A stretch of 64,000 bases of DNA. Origin: Marsupella aquatica (taxonomy: Eukaryota; Plantae; Marchantiophyta). The stretch is from positions 22,395,168 to 22,459,167 of the forward strand of contig OZ316891.1 of assembly GCA_973895155.1 (NCBI GenBank), written 5' to 3'. Position numbers and translations under genes: made by a program. Positions within the stretch are counted from its first letter, which is position 1. Each line of letters starts with the position of its first letter. This document shows positions 55,883 to 64,000 of the stretch, piece after piece. The notes under the pieces are model-generated. The model was not told the origin of the DNA, did not search any database, and saw only the letters and a program-made list of their open reading frames with translations.

Positions 55883-58800
55883 ATGCTGCAATGCATGTTC
55901 CTCCTCTCTGATGTCGGGTAGGAGTTCTTATCCGAAATCCCTCTATCTCACGTCAATATCTTCGATGCGGCATTTATGCTTTAGTTCACGGAGCTGCTTC
56001 ACCAATCTGAGGGTTTTTAGGTCAAGTGTCTACCACTGAATTGAAGGCCACATTCCTTGCTTGCTTAGGTCGCCTAGCTTATGTCCTAATTTAATAATTA
56101 GGTCATCTGACTACGACTGAGATGAATCTCTCAGCAGCTGGGTTGAATGAACCAATCAAACATGTCACTTCCCTGCAATGCGGCTCCTTGAAAAGCTGTT
56201 ATCTGCTGATAATATCATTGGAGAAGACGGACTTTTGACATCTGATTTAACCTGTTCGAGGCTACTAGGACCTAAACATTAACCGAGTAAGCAGACATAC
56301 CGACTGGTTTATGAAGTGCTGGTACTCAAGCCCGTCATTCATGTTTGTGAATTCTGCAGGGAAGTCATGTTGGAGAGACAGTGGGTGGGGACACAGGTTG
56401 ATCGCTCTATTTGCGATTGGTTTTGGAAGCAGGCACATCTACCAGGCGAAATTGAACTGGTAGGTTGCCTTGAGTGTGATTGTCGCTGCCGGTTTGTCGT
56501 TGCAATGTCATATGCGCCCATGCGCTGAATCTCTGAATCTAAAGCAAAATTTGATCTTTTGTATGAAAGTCGTCTAGTCCATGACAAACATAGCTTTACT
56601 CTTGTTTGTACTCTCCGTATTCGATCCCATGTAACTCTACATTTTGGCATGGTCATCGTTAACAGAAATTATCCTCTTCACGGTCATGTGACGCAGGGCC
56701 GGGCCAAAGTTCCTTCAGTTATTGCCTCGCCGACGTATTATCTTGTTAACATAATTCGGGACGGTGTTACCTTCTTGGCATGTTCCCAGTCAGAGATGCA
56801 ACCACTTCTTGCAATTGAGGTGATTTTCTTAAACTCTGAAGTTTTTTTGTTTTGTTTTTGCATTTTGTCCCTTCAGTCATAGAGATGTGAATCTATTGAA
56901 AAATGTGAAAACCTTAGATCAGCGATCTTGGGTAGAAGATATTGTTTTGGGGATTGACGAGGAGTCTAGACGAGCCTGAAATGGGGATTGGAGTTCACTA
57001 TAGGAAAATTTCGAGCTTATCTTGGTTTTCACTATAGGAAAATTTTGAGCTTTTCTTGGTGGGAATAATTAAGAGTGACAAGCTCTCCATATTGCTGGTT
57101 TCTACTGAATAGTTTTCTGATTAGCCAGCTGCTGATGCTGAAGTTTCTTTGCAGGGTAGCTGACGTGTTGTCCGATTACCTCGGCGGACTGAATGAAGAC
57201 CTGATCAAAGATAACTTTGTTCTAGTCTACCAGGTACGTTCAATTTGGTTCCGGCAGCATCAATTTGAGTTTATTTAATTTCACAATTTCTCTACATAGC
57301 TACTTTCGGAAGTGTGTGGATTTGTCAAGTTGAGCTTGTCGAAACAAACTTGAATTTGTACAAGAGGAAGAAACGAACGTTAGAGATACTGTGTACGTGG
57401 ATCGCTTCGTTGCTAATCTGCCTTCCGCAATCAAGGACCAAAAGTTTAGAAATTAGCTTGAATGACGTCTGCCGAGCTGCAATCGACGTGGGACAATCGT
57501 GCTGGTGCTCGTGTTCGAAATAGTATGAAATGCTTGCCTTAGAAAACACAACTTTCAGTCTGATCAACTTTGGGATGTCATGGTTGTAATCAAATCATTT
57601 GGATTTATTCTTGGCAGATTTTGGATGAGATGATGGATGGTGGATTTCCACTTACGACGGAACCATACATTTTAAAGGAGAGGGTCGCTCCACCTAATCT
57701 GGTCAGCAGAGTCTTGAATGTGGTAACTGGAGGTTCGTTAAGCATCAACAGCAGTCGTATTACAGCCACCACTTCTACTGTGCCATGGCGGGCTGTTGGG
57801 ATCAGGCATAACAACAATGAAATTTATTTTGACCTAGTTGAAAAGATGGATGCCATAGTTAACAGGTATCCAGCTTGGGCTTGCCATTTGCCTACCTACT
57901 TCTTGCAGCACTGTATTGCCCTCCAAGATGATCGATTAAATATCTGAGAAGTTTTGTAGAGTGACTAGACCGTATTACTCAGGAATGGAGTTGCTGTTCT
58001 TGCAAGTGCATATGATTTGCTGGTATTTCTGGGGGTTTGACAAAGGGGGGATGTTGTTCAATTCTCAGTAATCTATGTTATTTCGACGCAGTAGCCTTGA
58101 TGTCATGACTGATTACTTTGTAGAATTTCAAACAGCCGTCGCTCAAACTACGAGATATAGTTATGTTTACTAGGGATGATTCGTCGGGAAACGGTTTAAT
58201 TTACTTGTCTTAGTACGCTAAGGTCTGGCAGCGTTGCTCATTTCTAGATTATATGATGAAAATGTGGATTTAAATATGCGGCACACTTTCTCATTTGTAT
58301 CAGACTACATGTCGAGATTTCTCGAGTCTGCTGCGTGCATTATTTGATACTGCGGTGTAAAATAATCTCATCCATTCGTTCTTACTACAGGGATGGATTC
58401 CTTGTGAAGTGTGAAGTATACGGGGAAATTCAAGCAACATCTCGCCTGTCAGCCATGCCTGATGTCACCTTAAATTTTATAAATCCATCGATCATTGACG
58501 ATTGGAGGTTTCATCCATGTGTCAAACCTCAAGACTGGGAAACGAATCAGCTCCTAAAGTTCGTGCCTCCCGATGGACAATTTAAACTGATGAGCTACAG
58601 GTGAGTAATCTTTCCTTGTTGAGCGTTACTTATCATGGGTATCGACTGACATCCTCACAAATGATCACATACAACGAAGGTAGCTGTAGCGAGGTTCCGT
58701 GGACTCAGCTCTCTTTTTCACAATACCATAGCTTTCTGCTTATACAATCCGTACCTTGAGCTAACATAGAAACGTATCCTTTTGTTTGAGTTTTCGGTGA

Positions 58801-60156
58801 AGTCCTCCTCTCCTATCCAATTCACTGAATCCACCAAGGAATAGCCCTCTAGTTGACAACTGTGATTGGCTGTGTCCTTTTGGTCGTGTAGTTGTAGATG
58901 GGACAAGTTCATCTTGTAGATGCCCATTGATTGTGCCTTTCGTCTTCAATACTTTTCCGTATTCACTAGATTCACATAGGGAGAATCGTCGGGATTATCC
59001 AAGAAAATGAAGTTTTATACAATGCAGTGTTTGTCGTCCAAACCGTCTCTTCTATGGTCTCGCCTGTGGTGACGTTGAAGGCCCTTTAGGGCATTCTGAC
59101 TTTGTGAATTACCGAAGTACCAAAAATGTCGATAGGAATGAGATTTTCAGATCGGAGTTCTCAAGTAATTTGCGTCTGCGACTCAATGTCGTTTTACAAT
59201 GAGTATTCGAGATTGGTCTAATCAGATGATTGGCGTCACGTTTCAAAATTTAAAGAAAACTAGTGCTAAAACTTCTGCACCTTGTTTTCATCGAAATCTT
59301 AAATAGAATCTTTTTAATGATGAAGGTCTACACCGCCTGTTGTGATTTTTGGTTTTCAGATCCAGTTCAGGCTAATAGAAGTAGGAATTAAAACGGTAAC
59401 CACGTTTATGCTTTGGCAACTCTTGCTTATATGTTCTTCTTTCTGTCGTCAAGAAGCTGGGTAAGTCATTACAACTGACATGACAATATGGCATGCAGGG
59501 TCAAGGGACTGAAACAAACCCCTGTTTATGTCAAGCCTCAGTTAAGCTGTGACGCTGGTGTTTGCCAAGTTAGTGTAATGGTGGGAATTCGAAATGACCC
59601 TGGCAAGCAAATAGATGACATTGTTGTAGAGATGCCTTGGCCAGAAGCAGTGAGAAAGGTGGACCTGACAGCCAATCATGGAACTGTCATCTACAACAGT
59701 CATACTAAGGTAATCAAACTGTGACCAAGCTATGTACTTCTGACTGTCACTGGCTGCGAGTGTTTGTGCAAATCTCCTGATCGTCAATAGGGAGGCGTTG
59801 GTCTAGGAAAAACTATTTACATGTGTGAATTTGTAGGAAATGTTGCTAAGGGTCGAAAAAAGCTTGGAGCTTGGAAACAGTTTTCTCAAGTGTCTTTTGG
59901 ATTATGACAGGTTTGCACTTGGACGGTGGGCCGCATCCCCAAAGACAAGTCTCCATGTCTAACTGGTGCTTTAAACCTAGAGGCTGGATTGGATAGGTTA
60001 TCCGAGTATCCTACCTTTTTGCTAGGCTTCAAGATAATGGGTGCTGCCTTGTCAGGATTGAAAGTAGACAAAATGGAGTGTACCAACGTAGGTTACCGGG
60101 CTTACAAGGGAGTTCGTGCTGTTACCAAGGCTGGATGCTATGAAATAAGGACTTAA
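55883..60156 (+). CDS. AP3M: Adaptor protein complex AP-3 subunit mu
   Basis: Eight GT-AG exons: 55883-55917, 56360-56459, 56697-56819, 57144-57233, 57618-57865, 58391-58600, 59499-59709, 59911-60156. MLQCMFLLSDVGEVMLE..VDRSICDWFW, IKDNFVLVYQILDEMMDGGFPLTTEP, NNEIYFDLVE, RFHPCV, FVPPDGQFKLMSY, YKGVRAVTKAG. Confidence 0.96.
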
Positions 60157-61399
60157 GAGTTTGGACTTTGTGGTGTGTTGCCATAATACTAAACTGGACT
60201 TGACTTTACTGACGGTGAGACTGCACTTCCGTCGACGGGAAATAGTAACTCAGTCTATGACTAATTTGACATATCAGATGTGAACCTACCAAATGTAGAT
60301 CCTTCGTAGAGAGAAAGTGTATCTGAGCTCTTTGTTCTGGAGGAGATTAAAATACTGAAAGCAGGGTGTTGGAATGTCTTATTGATCTGGAATGAGCTAC
60401 AATGTATTCGTATTAAGACAGAGCTCTATGACAAGTAATCAGGAAGTCAACGTCATTTATCTGTACCCACGAGCTACTGCTACTTCACAGCACTACTGCG
60501 TCCAGTTGTTCTCTAATCATTAATAGTTTTCGTAAATTTGGTACAGTTTAGCGTTGTGATTGCGGAAGGGCATATCATCCGTGTGCTTCCATCCAAGGGT
60601 CTAATAGCTCAGAATAGACGGATCTATTAGTCCGGGAGCCGATGGTTTCCCCTGACAGTTTTTGGCATGACCGAACCCGTGAATGAAGCCGACAACATTT
60701 GCCTCTCAAGAAGCCCGTGCTGCTAAGGTCACCCACTCCCGGACTTCAAAATCCTTTCCAGGCAGGCTCGTTTAAAAAGTATGAAACCCATTTAGTTGGG
60801 GGTCCGTAGGTGGTGATCAGGGCTCATGTAGCAGATCCACTGTCATATATAATTAAGGGGTCTCAAACATAGCCCGTATAGAATCTAATGACAATGCGGG
60901 TAGAGATTCGGCAGGGACACTGCTGAAAATTGTGTGGGGTTTCCCTGATTCCAGATGACCACTTTCCCCCAGGGCGGCCTGGCTATTGAACCCTGCACAT
61001 TCATGTAGTGGGATTTCTTCGATTTCCGATGACTAGAATTAACTAATTCAAAATATCACAACAGGCGTCCGCGGGTCATGTTATGGATTCTGGGTCACGT
61101 TATGGACTCTGGCCCTTATGCACAGTTTCCCTGAGCCTGCACACTCGTGTAGTGGGATTTCTCCAATTCCAGATGGCCACTTTCTCCCACAGCAGCCTGG
61201 CTTTTGAGGGACTGATTCAAAAAATCTCGAATTCATCTAAGGGTCACAATATGGACTCTGGCCCTTATCTGCAAAAGAAGAACACAGGTGCACATTAGTG
61301 CGTCTCAAACCTCTAGATCCACTGAAAAAAACTTAGCTTGGAAGTACCAGTTTTGGTCTCCGGTCAAGAGTGGAGGAACAAGCTTTTTTGTGTCTCGCA

Positions 61400-62060
61400 C
61401 TTCTTTCCCGGGAAAATGCCCCGGACTGCAACTGGAAGCAAAACAAAAGATTTTCCAAGAAAATACTCTTGAGGGCGACTGAACTTAAAGCTGGGATAGA
61501 CACAAACTTTTGTAGGGATAACCCGGATGGACACAGCCTGTTGACACTGTCACACCAATCCTAATGACACCCAAAATGGATTACAGGTGTCTTATGAATG
61601 GAAGCTAACCTAGATTTAGACATTATTTTAACTACATTTAACCTCCTGCTCTCCGTCAGACAGTTCATTACAGGTCACAATTGGAGCACAAGTGAAAAAC
61701 ATGTTATACAAACACGATATATTTTTTTTTTGTCCATCCAGGTTGTGTTTGTCCATGGAGGCTTTTTCTCAAACGTTTGTGTCGGAAACAAAACAAAGAG
61801 AGTTGAGACGCAATATTAATAAGCCACCTTTTTTCTGGGAAAATGCACTTGACGGCGACTGGAAGTAAAACGAGGAGACTTTCCAGGAAAATGCACTTTG
61901 AAAGCGACCGGAAACAAAAACAAATAGATTTGAGACTACCTACTAAGTCACCTTTTTTCCCGGGAAAATGTCCTTGACGGCGACTGGAAGCAAAACGGAA
62001 ACATTTCCCGGGAAAAAACCCTTGCTGGCGACTGGAAGCTAAACGGAGAGATTCGAGACG
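61400..62060. repeat. Clustered ~47-bp motif repeats (ttcccgggaaaatg...ggcgactggaagcaaaac), possibly transposon subterminal repeats
   Basis: About six degenerate copies arranged as three pairs near 61404, 61830 and 61955. Confidence 0.6.
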
Positions 62061-62265
62061 CCTATATTCTGTACTGTACCGTCGGACTCAGTCGCTCATG
62101 CGTCCGTCGACATCCATCCATCAAGCAACTATCCTTCCATCCACAGCTCCGTCGAACTTATCTCCGTCCGTGCTGCGCCGTGAGAATCATGAAAACTCCG
62201 TGACGGCAGCGACGCGGCATGTGAACCGTCTGTCCTCCCTCGTTGTCTCTCTCTGTCTCATAAAG

Positions 62266-62408
62266 AAACCACTCTTTGTCTCGGAAAGAAACCACTCTTT
62301 GTCTCGGAAAGCAACCACTCTTTGTCTCGGAAAGAAACCACTCTTTGTCTCGGAAAGCAACCACTCTTTGTCTCGGAAAGAAACCACTCTTTGTCTCGGA
62401 AAGAAACA
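62266..62408. repeat. 23-bp minisatellite x~6
   Basis: aaccactctttgtctcggaaag(a/c) repeats in tandem and explains several periodic ORFs. Confidence 0.93.
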
Positions 62409-64000
62409 ACTCGATCGCGACTCACCGAATACTCGTGGTGGGTCCCCCCAACTCGCTACAGGGTCCAGGGAACCCGTCGGTCCTTGTCAAGACCGGTCTC
62501 ATGCCGGTGACGTAATCTCACTGGTATACTGGTAATGGGTCGGTATGCTCACTGTACAGTGACATCGAATAATAATGAGGCGTTTGCACTATACTCGTGA
62601 GTGACAGGCACTTTCATGATAAAATAATAGAATAATAAGGTGGGTTAAAAGCGGAGGTGGGGAGTCCATATGGCCACGAATTTGATGCTTGGATGGACAA
62701 GCAATACTCTACTGGACCCAAATGGAACATTTTAACGTTACTTTTGTAGCACATTTTACAGTTTGGTATGGAGGATAAAAAGGCAACCATACATTTGTGA
62801 CCATGGGAAATCCTAACGGCAACTGAATTCTTTTAATTTACTTGCATAGGACATTTTACATGAGTAAAGTTAGGGGTCACAAAAAGTGGAAGTAATATCT
62901 AGAGTTCATACTTTTTGACAGTCAGTTTTGGGCCCATTTTAAGGGCCATCACAACATTGAACTCTGCCGATAAATCGTGAGCCAAGTTAAAGCCCTCATG
63001 TGCTCACTGTCACAGATCCAGTGTGCACTACTTGATAAATGCAACCCCCCTAAATTCTGCACTTATCAATAACTGTGCATGATTTGCATCCTTTTGCTAA
63101 ACCTGCAAGTGTTATCTGTCAGTGAGCAGTCTATTGAGTGACTCTTGACACGGATGGTACATCCTTGCCCTAATTCAGTGTCCCACTTGATAAGTGTGTT
63201 TATACTCTACTAAAAATGCACTTATCAATAAATGCAACTTGATGGGAAGGCTTGATTACCAACAAGTACAAATCACACTAATCGATGGCTTTTGCAATTA
63301 CAACTTTTAAGGTGACAGTACCTAAATGATTCGAGACCTGTTTGCACTAGAAAAGGTGCAAGATCCGAATAAACTAAAATGGAAGAACATAATTCCTCGC
63401 ACTTATCCAGGTTTTGTAGTTCTGGAGTTGCACTTACAGAGAGTCGAGTGTACAGGATTACATATTTGCTGTTTTCCTCGTCTGTCCGACTTTAGGAAGA
63501 AAGAAGGAAGTTGCTCTCTTTCTTTCGCTCGCGTTCTTGTTGCCTTTCGATAATCATGCCATTCCCCTTTTGTTCCCCTGCCTTGTTGACTGCGCGATGA
63601 TTGTGCTTTGACTCACCCACGCGACACTCCATCTTCTCGTCTGCGCTCTCTCTTTCGCTCTCTGTGGATTAGATTGATTCATATTGACGGTACCGAGACA
63701 ATACTACCGGTATGGTTGTACCCAAACAGACTTGGTGCTGAGTTTCTCCAACGAACCAAATCCGGTAGCTCTCGGTGTGGGTTCGGCGAAGATGCTGCAG
63801 GCGGGATTGTAACTCTTCCAGGTGACTCTAGATGTGCGCAGACTTGGCTTGCTTGCTTGATTGTGTTGCTTCGCTCACTGGTATTCTTCGTGGCCCCTTC
63901 TGGTCGGCGGCGTTGTGAGCATTGGAGGATTCTCTGGCCTCGGGTCGTTGGTTCATGTGTCGTGGAGAATTGAGTGACATTTGTTCCTGAATTTTTGTTT

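Noticed and set aside
32434-62408. Short direct-repeat arrays as possible CRISPR arrays
   Set aside because: The units are head-to-tail with no unique spacers, there are no cas genes, and the context is eukaryotic.
63608-63973. 121-aa ORF at the window end
   Set aside because: It starts at TTG with no recognisable domain; the TC-rich context looks like the 5' leader of a gene beyond the window.

Overview
Plant nuclear DNA with spliceosomal GT-AG introns; gene and repeat style suggests a bryophyte, probably a liverwort (inference). Five protein genes are well supported: a 9-exon spermidine synthase (16685-19966, +), two convergent class II cytosolic sHSP/alpha-crystallin-domain paralogues that flank it (10471-12136 +, 21443-22975 -), an intronless ERN/RAP2.11-like AP2/ERF factor (49288-50889, -) and an 8-exon AP-3 mu subunit (55883-60156, +). 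Intergenic DNA holds two tRNA-derived SINE families with TSDs, a 5'-truncated L1 with a 16-bp TSD, a MITE, probable hAT remnants and many minisatellites. The most unusual signal is that both sHSP paralogues share an extra Cys-rich, hydrophobic exon spliced in frame ahead of the alpha-crystallin domain; one paralogue can be extended to a ~473-aa model with a long low-complexity N-terminus. Other leads are up to four decayed KDZ/CxC-type transposase remnants at 27-38 kb, overlapping uORFs in the spermidine synthase leader and two miRNA-like hairpins. All alignments and splice models were made by eye.
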